From an uncultured delta proteobacterium (GTDB lineage Bacteria; Myxococcota_A; Polyangia; Fen-1088): a DNA stretch of 64,000 bases. The notes beneath the pieces are model-generated. The model had not been told where the DNA came from and did no database searches. It saw only the letters and a list, made by a program, of their open reading frames with translations. Below, one piece after another: positions 27,827-38,040 of this stretch. How positions within the stretch are numbered: the first letter of the stretch is position 1; the number at the start of each line of letters is the position of its first letter. The stretch covers positions 256,001-320,000 of the forward strand of contig CAWCMR010000009.1 in the NCBI GenBank assembly GCA_963796685.1, read 5' to 3'. The translations under genes were made by a program, and so were the position numbers.

Positions 27827-29404
27827 TCAGGCGGACTGTTCTGACAAAACCTCTTTGATGTGTTGCTCGAAGGTGGCGCCAAGCTGCTGGTAGACAGCCC
27901 GCGTGCTGGCATCCGGCTCGACGGCCATGGAGCGGTCGGGCGGGGCGAATCGTGCGTACAAATCCTGCCACGCCAATCCTCCCACGCCCTGCGCGGCACG
28001 CAAGGCGCCTCCCAGGGCCGACGAGTTGGAGACGGAGAGCGGCATGATGGTGGCCTGGAACACGTCTGCCAGCACACGCAGGAGGCCCCGGTTTCTCGAC
28101 GCGCCGCCCGTGACCAGGACGGTCGTCATGGCCTCGCCAATCCAGTCGGAATGCAGGCGCATGCTGAGCGCCTGGGCCTCGACGACGGCGCGCGCCGAAG
28201 CCGCGCCGTCCTTCCCGGCCACGAACGCGTTGCTGCCAAACCAACGCGGCGACGCCTTGAGCACCCGCGGCGTAATCTCGGGAACGAAATACGGCAGCAG
28301 CATGTTGCCGTCGTTGCCCGGCTTGGTCTTGTCGACGATGGCGCTGGCAAAGTCATCCCAGGACAGGCCAAAACGGCGGGTGATCTCCTCGCGCGCCAGC
28401 GAGCCGTTCGAGAAGCAGGCCAGGGACATGAAGCCGCCGGCCGGGTTGCCGAACACGCTGCCGTAACCGCGTGGGTCGGTGCGCTTCGCGGCCATGGCCG
28501 TGAACACGGTGTCGCTCGTGCCGAGGCTGATCACGGCGGTGCCGGGCTTGCCGGCGCCCATGCCGATGAGGCTGCTCGGGTTGTCGCCGGTGAACGCGAC
28601 GATCTTGGTGCCGGGGGCGAAGCCGTACTTCTTCACGAAGTAGCCCGCGATCTCGCCAACCACGGTCGTGCTGGCCACGGGCTTCTTCAGCTTCGCGCGT
28701 AGCCCCGGAGCCGTCGCGTCGAGCAGGGCATCGCTCCAGTCGTTCCGCGCCAGGTCGAGAAGATTCATGCCCGCGCCATCGCCGAAATCGATGCCGGCGC
28801 TCTTGCCCACGAGCAGCGAGGCCATGAACGAGCTGACGAGGTGAATCTCCGCCGTGCGCTGCCACTCGGCCGGGCTGGTCTTGTAGAAGCGGCGGATCTG
28901 CGGCCCGGTGAAGCGCAAAGTCGCACGCGAGCCCGTGATGGCCGCGACCTGCTCGTCGCCGCCCGCGGCACGGGCGATCTCGGCGCACTCGGCACTGGTC
29001 GAGCTGTCCATCCAGATGGGCGAGGTGGCGCGCGCGAGCAGCGGTTTGACCTGCTCGTGAAGGGGCGCGGAGAGGGACCAGTCGCCGACTTCGTCCAGCG
29101 ACTTCGCGAGATAGACCGACCCATGCTGCTGGCCCGCCCCGCTGATGCCGCGGATCTTGCCGAGATCCACCCCTGCCGCGCGCAGGTCTTGCAACACCAG
29201 CTCGAGCGCCTCGACCCACATCAGGGGATCCGAGTGCTTGATCGACGCATCCTGGTTGGCCAGGAAGCCCTTGGGCGATTGATACTGCGGCAGGCGCTCG
29301 CCGAAGCTCACGCTTCGGTCGAGCACCACCTTGCCCGTGTCCGTGTCGATGAGCAGCGCCGAAAGACTCTGCGTGCTCGAATCCAGTCCCAGGTATTGCG
29401 GCAT
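27827..29404 (-). CDS. xylB: Xylulokinase (FGGY family, eukaryote-like subtype)
   Basis: YLGLDSSTQSL, GAGQQHGSVY, SPIWMDSST, RFTGPQI, FTGDNPSSL, SLGTSDT; adjacent to xylA. Confidence 0.92.
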   Translation of the reverse strand: MPQYLGLDSSTQSLSALLIDTDTGKVVLDRSVSFGERLPQYQSPKGFLANQDASIKHSDPLMWVEALELVLQDLRAAGVDLGKIRGISGAGQQHGSVYLAKSLDEVGDWSLSAPLHEQVKPLLARATSPIWMDSSTSAECAEIARAAGGDEQVAAITGSRATLRFTGPQIRRFYKTSPAEWQRTAEIHLVSSFMASLLVGKSAGIDFGDGAGMNLLDLARNDWSDALLDATAPGLRAKLKKPVASTTVVGEIAGYFVKKYGFAPGTKIVAFTGDNPSSLIGMGAGKPGTAVISLGTSDTVFTAMAAKRTDPRGYGSVFGNPAGGFMSLACFSNGSLAREEITRRFGLSWDDFASAIVDKTKPGNDGNMLLPYFVPEITPRVLKASPRWFGSNAFVAGKDGAASARAVVEAQALSMRLHSDWIGEAMTTVLVTGGASRNRGLLRVLADVFQATIMPLSVSNSSALGGALRAAQGVGGLAWQDLYARFAPPDRSMAVEPDASTRAVYQQLGATFEQHIKEVLSEQSA

Positions 29405-29461
29405 GGCTTGCTTCCCGTCCTTGTGCTTCGTCGTCGTTGAGAATGACCTGCGGCGAGCTGA

Positions 29462-30862
29462 CTAGCCCTTCATTTCCTCGAGCTCTTTGCCCTTGGTCTC
29501 GTGGATGAACTTGAGGATGAAGAAGATGGAGATGATCGCGCACACCGTGTAGAGGCCGTACGCGCCGCCCAGGCCGACGCCAGCGAGCAGCATGGGGAAG
29601 GTCATGGTGATGCCAAAGTTGGAGAGCCACTGGGCCAGGCCGCTGATGGCCAGCCCGGAGCCGCGGATCTGGTTCGGGAACATCTCGCCCAGCATGACCC
29701 ACATGACCGGGCCCCACGAGAAGTTGAAGAGCATGACGTACAGGTTCGCCGCCACGAGCGCGATGGGGCCCTCCATGCCGGTGAGTTGGAGGGAGCCATT
29801 CACGGTGTGGGCGGTACCGAACACCACGGCCAGCACGCCCAGGGTGATGGCCATACCGATCGAACCGATGAGCAGGAGCGGCTTGCGACCAACACGGTCG
29901 ATGAGCGCGGTGGCGAAGAAGCAGGCCAGGATGCTGACCCCGCCGCTGATGACGTTGATGAGAAGCGCGTCGCTCTCCTTGAAACCGGCGGATCGCCACA
30001 ACACCGCACCGTAATAGAAGACGACGTTGATCCCCACGAGCTGCTGGAAGCTGGCCAGCCCGATGCCGACCCACACGATGGGGCGGAAGAGCCGCTTCGA
30101 ATCGAGGATGTCGGTCAGCTTGGGGCGATGGTGATCGGCGACCATGGACGCGGCGATCTCGTCGAGCTTGGACTGGGCTTCCGATGCGCCCATGAGACGG
30201 GTCAGGACCGCCAGCGCTTTTTCTTTCTTTCCGCTGGCCACCAGGAAGCGCGGGCTCTCGGGGATGAAGAGCAAAGAAAAGAAGAAGGTAATGGAAGGAA
30301 TGGTCATCACCCAGAACATCCAGCGCCAGGCCTCGAGACCCAGGGCCAGCACGGAGGTGGAGCTGCCGGCGACGCGAGCCAGAACATAGTTGCTGAGGAA
30401 GGAGGCGAAGAGACCGCTGATGATGGCGATCTGTTGGATGGAAGAAAGCCTGCCGCGGTACTTCGCCGGGGTCACCTCGCTGATGTAGGCGGGGGCGAGC
30501 ACGCTGGCGGCGCCGACGGCCAGGCCGCCGAGCACGCGCACCACGATGAACTGGACCGAATTCTGGGCCAGGCCGGCCCCGAGCGCGCTGATGGTGAAGC
30601 ACACCGACGAGATGAGGAGAATGGTCTTGCGCCCGAACTTGTCGGCCAGCCAGCCGGCCATGAAGGCGCCCGCGGCGCAGCCAAGCAGGATGCTCGCGAC
30701 GTTGAATCCGGTGCCGGCCGAGTCCGAGTGGAAGGCCTTCTGCAGGCCCTCGACGGTTCCGTTGATCACGCCGCTGTCGTAGCCGAACAGAAAGCCCCCG
30801 ATGGTGGCCACCAGCGTGATGAGAACAATGAATGCGAAGTTGGTCGAACCTTTTTCGGACAT
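29462..30862 (-). CDS. xylE: MFS sugar porter, probable D-xylose:H+ symporter
   Basis: GGFLFGYDSGVI, DKFGRK, PESPR, QQLVGINVVFYY, ETKGKELEE; first gene of the xyl operon (substrate inferred from context). Confidence 0.85.
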   Translation of the reverse strand: MSEKGSTNFAFIVLITLVATIGGFLFGYDSGVINGTVEGLQKAFHSDSAGTGFNVASILLGCAAGAFMAGWLADKFGRKTILLISSVCFTISALGAGLAQNSVQFIVVRVLGGLAVGAASVLAPAYISEVTPAKYRGRLSSIQQIAIISGLFASFLSNYVLARVAGSSTSVLALGLEAWRWMFWVMTIPSITFFFSLLFIPESPRFLVASGKKEKALAVLTRLMGASEAQSKLDEIAASMVADHHRPKLTDILDSKRLFRPIVWVGIGLASFQQLVGINVVFYYGAVLWRSAGFKESDALLINVISGGVSILACFFATALIDRVGRKPLLLIGSIGMAITLGVLAVVFGTAHTVNGSLQLTGMEGPIALVAANLYVMLFNFSWGPVMWVMLGEMFPNQIRGSGLAISGLAQWLSNFGITMTFPMLLAGVGLGGAYGLYTVCAIISIFFILKFIHETKGKELEEMKG

Positions 30863-31062
30863 CGTGATCTTTCCTCTCTTGGGGATCCTGGTGTTTTGCC
30901 GCGCAGAGGCATCACGAGACAGACCAGCCAGAATGCGGCGCAGTCTAGTCATGCCGCCGAGTAGCGCACAAGCAGGGAATTTGTGCTAGTTGGCCTGCGA
31001 TCCTGCCTCACGGGCGTATACCCCCAAGGGGGACGGAATCCGCGGCCTGGGGGCGCCTCCTC

Positions 31063-32397
31063 CTAAAGGAGGTTGCTCGCAAGCTCGGCCAATTGCGAGC
31101 GCTCGCCCTTGGTCAGATTCACGTGGGCGTAGATGCTCTGCCCTTGCATCTTGTCGATCAAATAGGAGAGCCCGTTCGAGTGGCTGTTCAGGTAGGGGTG
31201 GTCGATCTGGAAGATGTCACCCGTGAAGACCAGCTTGGTGCCGTCCCCGGCGCGGGTGATGATGGTCTTCACCTCGTGCGGGGTCAGGTTCTGCGCCTCG
31301 TCGACGATGAAGTAGATGTTCACCAGGCTGCGCCCGCGGATGTAGGCGAGCGGCGCGATGACCAGCTTTTCCTCGTCGAGCATCTCGCGGATACGTTTGT
31401 GGCGAGCATCGGTCACCCCCCACTGGTTCTGGATGACGCCCAGGTTGTCGTACAGGGGTTGCATGTACGGGTCGAGCTTGGACTGGATGTCGCCGGGCAG
31501 GTAGCCGATGTCCTTGTTCGACAAAGGCACCACGGGCCTGGCCATGAAGATCTGGCGGTACTCCTTTTTGTGCTCCAGTGCCGCGGCCAGCGCCAGCAGG
31601 GTCTTGCCCGTGCCGGCTTTGCCCGAGATGCTGACCAGCTTGACCTCGGGGTTGCTGAGGGCGTTCAAGGCAAACGCTTGCTCGGCGTTGCGCGAGGTGA
31701 TGCCATAGGCGGTCAGCTTGTCCACCCGGCGGACCACCGCGCGGTCGCTGTCGTAGGTGGCCAGGGCCGACTTCTTGCCGTTGCGGATGATGAGGTACTC
31801 GTTGGGCCGGAGCGGCTCCTCGAAACGGAGGTCGCTCTCGTCGATGGTGAACGGCTGGGTGTACATGCGATCGACCAGCGGCCCGTCGACGTGCTCCTTG
31901 AGGCGAATCCCCGTGTACATCGAGGCGATGTCCTTGACGTGGTCGTTGCGGTAGTCCTGCGCCGTCAGCCCCAACGCCTTGGCCTTCATGCGCAGGTTGA
32001 CGTCCTTGCTGACCAGAATGATCTCCCGGCGCGGGAACTGGCGCGAGAGCCGATACGCGACGTTCAGGATCTCGTGATCGGGCGTGCGCGTCTCGAAGGC
32101 CGCGCGCAGATCCTCGTGGTACTCGCCACCGACCTTGACGATCAGGTTGCCCAGATCCTTGGCTATCTGGACGCCCTTGCTGAACAGCGGTTGTTGTGCC
32201 AGACCGTCGACGGCACGCAGGAACTCGCGGGCGTGAAAGTTGAGCGACTCGTTACCTTTCTTGAACCCGTCCAGCTCTTCGAGCACGGTGATGGGAATGA
32301 CGATGTCGTGTTCCTCGAACTGATACATGCATTTGCTGTCGTGAAGGATGACGTTGGTGTCGAGCACGAACATCTTCTGCTTCCGGGCAACCGCCAT
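31063..32397 (-). CDS. PIN-PhoH family protein (YlaK/PhoH2 type)
   Basis: VLDTNV PIN start, [35 protein letters not shown]. Confidence 0.93.
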   Translation of the reverse strand: MAVARKQKMFVLDTNVILHDSKCMYQFEEHDIVIPITVLEELDGFKKGNESLNFHAREFLRAVDGLAQQPLFSKGVQIAKDLGNLIVKVGGEYHEDLRAAFETRTPDHEILNVAYRLSRQFPRREIILVSKDVNLRMKAKALGLTAQDYRNDHVKDIASMYTGIRLKEHVDGPLVDRMYTQPFTIDESDLRFEEPLRPNEYLIIRNGKKSALATYDSDRAVVRRVDKLTAYGITSRNAEQAFALNALSNPEVKLVSISGKAGTGKTLLALAAALEHKKEYRQIFMARPVVPLSNKDIGYLPGDIQSKLDPYMQPLYDNLGVIQNQWGVTDARHKRIREMLDEEKLVIAPLAYIRGRSLVNIYFIVDEAQNLTPHEVKTIITRAGDGTKLVFTGDIFQIDHPYLNSHSNGLSYLIDKMQGQSIYAHVNLTKGERSQLAELASNLL

Positions 32398-32674
32398 ATC
32401 GAGGGTCTCCTTTCGACTGTCCCCATGATGATGAAGAACGCGCGCGTGGTTAGCAAGTTGTTCGACTGCATCAGGTTGGCAACAAAGGAGCCCGGTCCCA
32501 GCGTAAATCCCGCCAGACGGTCAGGCGAATTCCGCGACCTGATCCGATGACTCTGACCGTCCGGGCAATGCTGAAATTTCTGGGGCGCCAAACAGGTTGA
32601 TATGGCAAAGACAAAAAAGCAAGCCGCACCGGTGCTGATCGAGATCCCGCAGTACTTCTACTCAAGCAGGAGGG

Positions 32675-34235
32675 ATGGACATGAGCATGAACCAGTCTCG
32701 GAACAAACTCCCGGTGGTCGACCGATTTGCGACGGTCTTTCTGGTCGCCATGCTGGCGAATGGATGTCATTCGGGGACCACGTCAGGCGTGGCCAAGACG
32801 CAGGAGCCGGCGACCTCCCTCGCCCAGTCCGTGTCGCCGCCCGGGCCCGTGACACCGAGAACACAGGTCCCCGAGGCCGCAAGAACGCTGTCGCAGGCCT
32901 TTGCCTCGGCCGCTGCGGCCTTACGACCGAGCGTGGTGCGGATCGATGTGGAGCATGAAGTCCCGCGCCTGGCGAGTGGCCCGCAGAGGGACGACGAGCC
33001 CTTCTTCGGGCAGTCTGCCACCCCTGCTCCGCCATTTCTTCGATTTTGGCGAGGTCCCCGGTACTCCAGAGGGCCCCGGGCCGGTGCCCATCGCAGGCAC
33101 AGGCTCTGGCTTCGTCATCGACACGGCCGGCGACATCATCACCAACAGTCACGTCGTCGAAGGTGGAACGAAGTTCGAGGTCACGTTCAAAGACGGGCAA
33201 GAGATCCCGGCCAAGGTCGTGGGCACGGATCGCCGCACCGACGTGGCCGTGATCCGGCTGGAAAAGGTGCCCAAGAACCTGGTCGTGGCGCGCCTCGGCG
33301 ACTCGAACAAGCTGCAGGTCGGGGAATGGGTCCTCGCCATCGGCAGTCCGCTTGGCCTCGATCAAACGGTCACCGCAGGCATCGTCAGCGGCGAAGGACG
33401 GGTCGGCGGTCATGTCCAGATGTCCGGCGACAGGGTTCACAAGTACATCGAAACCGACGCCAAGATCAATCCGGGCAACTCCGGTGGTCCCCTGGTCAAC
33501 CTCGAGGGCGAGGTGGTGGGCATCAACACCCTCATCCGCGTGGGGGCGGGCGGGGCCTACGGTTTCGCCATCCCCATCGACGAAGCCGACCACGTGGCTC
33601 AGTTGTTGCTCAAGAACGGACGCGTCCTCTATCCTTTCCTGGGCGTGAATCTGCGTGATGTCAGCCAGCTCGAGGAGAGCGTCAAGAGCGAATTGGGCCC
33701 GCACGCGCCGCAAAAGGGCGCCCTCATCGTGGGTGTCACGCCGGATAGCCCGGCCCAGAAAGTGGGTCTCAAGCCGGGCGACGTCATCACCAAGCTGGAC
33801 GATCACCCCATCACGGACGCTGAAGATGTCGTCGAATACGTGTCGGGTCGTCAGATCGGCGATAGCGTCGGCGTGACCGTATTTCGCGCAGGAGAGGACA
33901 AGAGCTTTCGCGCCCAACTTGCCGAAGCACCATCCCAAGACCAGCTTGCCTCCGCCTCGTCCCGTTTGGGACTTTCGCTGCAAACGCTGACGCCGTCGCT
34001 GGCGCGATCCCTTGGACTGCCGCCGCAAACGCAAGGCGCGGCGATCGCCGACGTGGTCCGTGGCAGCCCGGCCGAGGCCGCCGGTCTGCAAGCCGGAGAG
34101 GCGATCGTCGAGATCGATCGCAAGCCGGTGGCGACAGCCGAAGAGGCCGTGGCCGCGCTCAATGGAAAGCAATTCCACTTGTTGCGGGTACGTGGCCCGC
34201 AGGGTGTCCGGTTCGTCACGCTTGGTGGCTCCTGA
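32675..34235 (+). CDS. htrA: DegP/HtrA serine protease with two PDZ domains (frameshift near 33009)
   Basis: N-terminus (signal, LRPSVVRI) in the 32675 frame; GSGFVI, TNSHV, TDVAVI, INPGNSGGPL and PDZs in the 32901 frame; removing one G from GGG at 33008-33010 gives FFGSLPPL. Confidence 0.88.
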
Positions 34236-35280
34236 CGATTTCCAGCCGAGCGGCGATGTCGCCGGCCACCTGACGGCGGGCGAGCGTCACCACGGCGTCC
34301 GCCCAGACCGGCGTGGCATTGAGCGACGGCACCAGGGTCAGGCGCTCGCCACCCGCCGCCACGAATTGATCCTTGGCGCGTATCCCGATTTCCTCGAGGG
34401 TTTCCAGGCAGTCCGCGACGAAGGCCGGCGAGAACACCACCAGGCGTTTCTTGCCCTCGGCCGCCAGCTTGGGAATGACGACGTCGGTGTAGGGGTGAAT
34501 CCACGGCGTGCGCCCGAGGCGAGACTGAAAGCTCACGCTCCATGAATCCTCGCCGAGGGCAAGGCGGCTGGCCAGGGCGCGAGCGGTGGCGAAACACTGG
34601 GCGCGGTAGCAGGCACGGTTGGCGGTGCCGATGCGGTCGCAGCAGTCGGGTTGCGCCAGGCAGTGCCGGCCGGTCGCATCGGTCTTGCGCATGTGCCGCT
34701 CGGGCAGACCGTGAAAGCTCATCAGGACATGATCGGGCTTCTCTTCCTCCAGGATCGGCCCCCCCACGGCCGCGAAGGCGTCGATGAAACCGGGATCGTC
34801 GTAGAAGGCATCGACGAAGGTCAGCGTAGGCGGCGCCCACGGTCGGGCCGCGATCCGAAAGACCTCCGCTACCGTCGAGCCTGTCGACGATACCGCATAC
34901 TGCGGATAGAGCGGAAACACCACCACGCGGTCGACGCCCGCCTGGTGCAGCTTCTCCAGCGCCGAAGCAATCGACGGACTCTGGTAGCGCATCCCCAGCT
35001 CGACCGCCCAGTCCGGCCCCAAGCGCTCGCGCACGGCCGCCACCAAATCCTCGCTGTGCCAAAGCAGGGGGGATCCGCGCTCACCCCAAACCTTCCGATA
35101 GGCAGCCGCGCTCTTGCGCGGGCGCAGGGGCAAGATGATCAGATTGAGAAGCAGCCACCGCCCCACGGGATGGATGTCCAAGACCCGCGGGTCGGAAAGG
35201 AACTGCCGCAGGTAGCGACGCACCGAGGCCGGCGTGGGCCGGTCCGGGGTTCCTAGATTGCACAGCAGGAGACCGGTCAT
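34216..35280 (-). CDS. hemH: Ferrochelatase
   Basis: LLCNLGTP, FLSDPRV, LYPQY, SFHGLP, FQSRLG, FVADCLETLEEI. Confidence 0.97.
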   Translation of the reverse strand: MTGLLLCNLGTPDRPTPASVRRYLRQFLSDPRVLDIHPVGRWLLLNLIILPLRPRKSAAAYRKVWGERGSPLLWHSEDLVAAVRERLGPDWAVELGMRYQSPSIASALEKLHQAGVDRVVVFPLYPQYAVSSTGSTVAEVFRIAARPWAPPTLTFVDAFYDDPGFIDAFAAVGGPILEEEKPDHVLMSFHGLPERHMRKTDATGRHCLAQPDCCDRIGTANRACYRAQCFATARALASRLALGEDSWSVSFQSRLGRTPWIHPYTDVVIPKLAAEGKKRLVVFSPAFVADCLETLEEIGIRAKDQFVAAGGERLTLVPSLNATPVWADAVVTLARRQVAGDIAARLEIVRSHQA

Positions 35281-35405
35281 GGCGCTCGACTATTGCACAG
35301 GCCGAGCCGTGACGCAGCCCATGCCGCAATCGGGCTCAACTTCCAGCGCGAGTCGCCGATGGAAATGGGTTGCTCGCGGAGAAAATGGAAAGGCGCAGAA
35401 CGGAC

Positions 35406-35744
35406 ATGGGTAACAACCTTCAGCCGGCAGAACGGCGACGTCATCCTCGAATCTTCCTCGGCGTGCCCGTGCGCGTGCACTACGCAGGCATTCCACAATC
35501 CCTGACGCTGGAGCTCGGCGACGTTTCGTTGGAGGGCAGTTACTTCCGCACCTCCGGACCCAAGCCCCGCCGCGGACAGTGGGTGGCTTTCGGTTTCGTC
35601 ACGGCCGATCTCCTGGTGTGCGCCGCCCGCGGTCGCGTCATTCGCATCGACGACGGTGGCTTCGCGTTGCAGCTGGAGGGCACGAATTCCTCTTTCGAGA
35701 CCTTCGTTGCGGACATCTCCGGCCCCTTCTTGCGCGCCGCCTAG
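35406..35744 (+). CDS. PilZ-domain protein
   Basis: ERRRHPR (RxxxR) and DVSLEG (DxSxxG) c-di-GMP motifs. Confidence 0.85.
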   Translation: MGNNLQPAERRRHPRIFLGVPVRVHYAGIPQSLTLELGDVSLEGSYFRTSGPKPRRGQWVAFGFVTADLLVCAARGRVIRIDDGGFALQLEGTNSSFETFVADISGPFLRAA

Positions 35745-35768
35745 CGAGCTGATTTGGGGGACCGATAA

Positions 35769-35918
35769 CCTCTAAGGAAGCCAGGAAAGCAGGAAGAAAG
35801 AGAACAAGCGGTTTCCCGGATTCTAAACACAGAGGCCCCAGAGCCGGGGCTCGAAGGTGTCCACTCCGCAGTGGTTCTCTGCTACCACCCATTCCTGGCT
35901 TCCTGGCTTCCTTAGAGG
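35769..35918. repeat. Intergenic element with 27-bp terminal inverted repeats built of short tandem units
   Basis: CCTCTAAGGAAGCCAGGAAAGCAGGAA ... TTCCTGGCTTCCTGGCTTCCTTAGAGG. Confidence 0.85.
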
Positions 35919-35965
35919 CCTCCTGAGATCGGACACCCCTGCCATCGAGGCCAAACCCGTGCTAC

Positions 35966-36958
35966 ATGCCAGGGGTGACCACGAGCTCGATTTGTCCGCA
36001 CCGCCGCGCGACGGCTTTGGCCGTTGTCGCACTGAGCCTTTGGACCTGCGCCACCGCCCCGACCGTCCCATCTCGCGCGGCTCATGAGGAAGCCGTGACG
36101 GCGGGACCGCCACGCGCCGTTCCCAGCGACATCCCATTCGAGTCGCTGGAAGGTCCGTACTGGGTGGCAGGCGGCGGATACCTCATCTTTTCCGATGTCG
36201 TGGAAAAGAACGGACCGGCGGCCAAGATCTACCGCTACGATCCACCCTCCCACGCGTTCTCTACGGTGCCCTACCCGGGTTCGCCCATCAGCACCAACGG
36301 CCTGGCGGTGGATGCCGAGGGCCGCTTGCTGGCGTGCGAACGCTGGAACGGCACCTTGGCGCGCGTGTCCCCGGGCCAACGTCGGACAGTGGCCGAACGT
36401 GCTCCTGACGGCCTGGCCCTGAACGCGCCCAACGACCTCACGGTCCGCCGAGACGGGAACATCTATTTCAGTGATACGACCTGGGGCGCGCGTCCCGGCG
36501 CCCACGCCCCGACTGCCGTGTATCGCGTGTCGCCCGACGGCGTTCTGTCCGTGGCGTTTCGGGTCGACATGCCCAACGGAGTGCTGCTTTCTCCCGATGG
36601 CAACACCCTGTACGTGGGCAGCGACACCCAGGATCGCCTGTGGCGCTTGCCGGTCGCGGCCGACGGCAGCGTGGGCGCCCCGCAAGCCTTCGGCGATGCC
36701 AAGACCGACTCGCGTGCTCGCTTGCACGTGCCCGACGGCCTATGCGTCGACGATCGCGGACGGGTCTACGTGACCAACAACAGCACCGCGGCGAACGCCA
36801 TCGTGGTGCTCGACAGCGCGGGTCATTTCGTGGAGCGCATCCTCTTTCCCGCGCCGCCCTCGAACTGCACCTTCGGCGGGGCGGACCGCCGCACGCTCTA
36901 CGTGACCACCCTGCACGCCCTCTACGAGGTGCCCATGACGACACCAGGATTGCCGTGA
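35966..36958 (+). CDS. SMP-30/gluconolactonase family protein, exported
   Basis: EGPYW, NGLAVD, APNDL, PNGV, PDGL, NCTFGG. Confidence 0.92.
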   Translation: MPGVTTSSICPHRRATALAVVALSLWTCATAPTVPSRAAHEEAVTAGPPRAVPSDIPFESLEGPYWVAGGGYLIFSDVVEKNGPAAKIYRYDPPSHAFSTVPYPGSPISTNGLAVDAEGRLLACERWNGTLARVSPGQRRTVAERAPDGLALNAPNDLTVRRDGNIYFSDTTWGARPGAHAPTAVYRVSPDGVLSVAFRVDMPNGVLLSPDGNTLYVGSDTQDRLWRLPVAADGSVGAPQAFGDAKTDSRARLHVPDGLCVDDRGRVYVTNNSTAANAIVVLDSAGHFVERILFPAPPSNCTFGGADRRTLYVTTLHALYEVPMTTPGLP

Positions 36959-36959
36959 C

Positions 36960-37619
36960 ATGAACAAGCAATTCGGTAACGACGACCGCGCACTGTCGGA
37001 TTACGTGGCCCGGGTCTACGCGCCCGAAGGCGCGGTCCTGCGCGAGATCCGCGAGCGCTCGACACGCGCGGGTTTGCCGGACATCCAGTTGGCGGCGCTC
37101 GACGCGCGACACCTCGAGATTCTGGCGCGCGCCTGTCAGGCCCGCCGTGCCGTCGAGGTCGGAACCCTCGGAGGCTATTCGGGCGTGTCGATTCTGCGCG
37201 GCATGGGGCCGGACGGCGTCCTTCACACCGTCGAAATCGACCCCGAGCACGCCAAGGTCGCGCGTGAGAGCTTTCGCGAGTCCGGCCTCGGCGCCCGCGC
37301 GCACGTGCACGTGGGCGCTGCCGCGAAGGTGCTGCCTCGACTCAGGCGTCATGCGCCCTTCGACCTCTGTTTCATCGACGCAGACAAGGAAGGCTATCCG
37401 GACTACCTCGATTGGGCCGCCCACAACCTGCGACCCGCGGGCCTGGTCGTGCTCGACAACGCGTTCCTCTTCGGCCAGTTGGCGAAGAGGCCGATCGGCA
37501 AAGCCGCCATGGAAATCGCGGCGATGCAGAAGATGCACGACATGCTCGCCCACGACGGGCGTTTCCGCGCCACGGTGTTTCCCACCGGCGAGGGGCTGGC
37601 AGTCGGGGTGAGGATCTAG
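36960..37619 (+). CDS. Class I O-methyltransferase (caffeoyl-CoA OMT-like)
   Basis: VEVGTLGGYS, FDLCFIDADKEGY, VLDN. Confidence 0.92.
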   Translation: MNKQFGNDDRALSDYVARVYAPEGAVLREIRERSTRAGLPDIQLAALDARHLEILARACQARRAVEVGTLGGYSGVSILRGMGPDGVLHTVEIDPEHAKVARESFRESGLGARAHVHVGAAAKVLPRLRRHAPFDLCFIDADKEGYPDYLDWAAHNLRPAGLVVLDNAFLFGQLAKRPIGKAAMEIAAMQKMHDMLAHDGRFRATVFPTGEGLAVGVRI

Positions 37620-37637
37620 CCAGCTCTTTGGGCCGAG

Positions 37638-37889
37638 CTACGGCTTGCCGTTGTCGGGCCGACAACGCTCACCGGCTGGATAGTCGGGATGGTAGTGGTG
37701 AGGCCTAGGGCGACTGACGCACCTCAGGCACTGGGCCCTTTCGCCCGCGGTTGCCGTCCCGGGCAACCGTTCACACTGCGCAGCGGTTCGAGATTCGTGC
37801 CCATTCGAATGGGCACGTGCCATGCCAGGCAAGCCCGTGAAGATCGCCAGCGCCAAAGCGGAAGAAAGCACAATGATACGCGTTTGCAC
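37638..37889 (-). CDS. Small secreted Cys/His-containing protein (83 aa)
   Basis: GGAGG RBS before GTG at 37889; signal peptide ending ARA; four Cys and HHYH. Confidence 0.7.
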   Translation of the reverse strand: MQTRIIVLSSALALAIFTGLPGMARAHSNGHESRTAAQCERLPGTATAGERAQCLRCVSRPRPHHYHPDYPAGERCRPDNGKP

Positions 37890-38040
37890 TTGGAACCTCC
37901 TGTACAGATGCACCTTGGACGCAGGCCGATGGATTCTATTCAATCCCCCGAAGAATCTCGCAGGTGGTAGATGCTCTTGGTGGGTGGCGAGGCAAGATGA
38001 AGGGACGGCAGACGAAGCATCGTCCCCCATCGACCCCACC

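Noticed and set aside
30960-30990. GCACAA...TTGTGC inverted repeat upstream of the xyl operon as an operator
   Set aside because: Short, single instance and no regulator nearby; needs comparative support.
32990-33030. Programmed frameshift in htrA
   Set aside because: No slippery heptamer; one extra G in a short homopolymer explains it.
35966-36958. Lactonase as part of an oxidative (Weimberg) xylose pathway
   Set aside because: No xylose dehydrogenase or dehydratase nearby; the isomerase route is present; the family has broad specificity.
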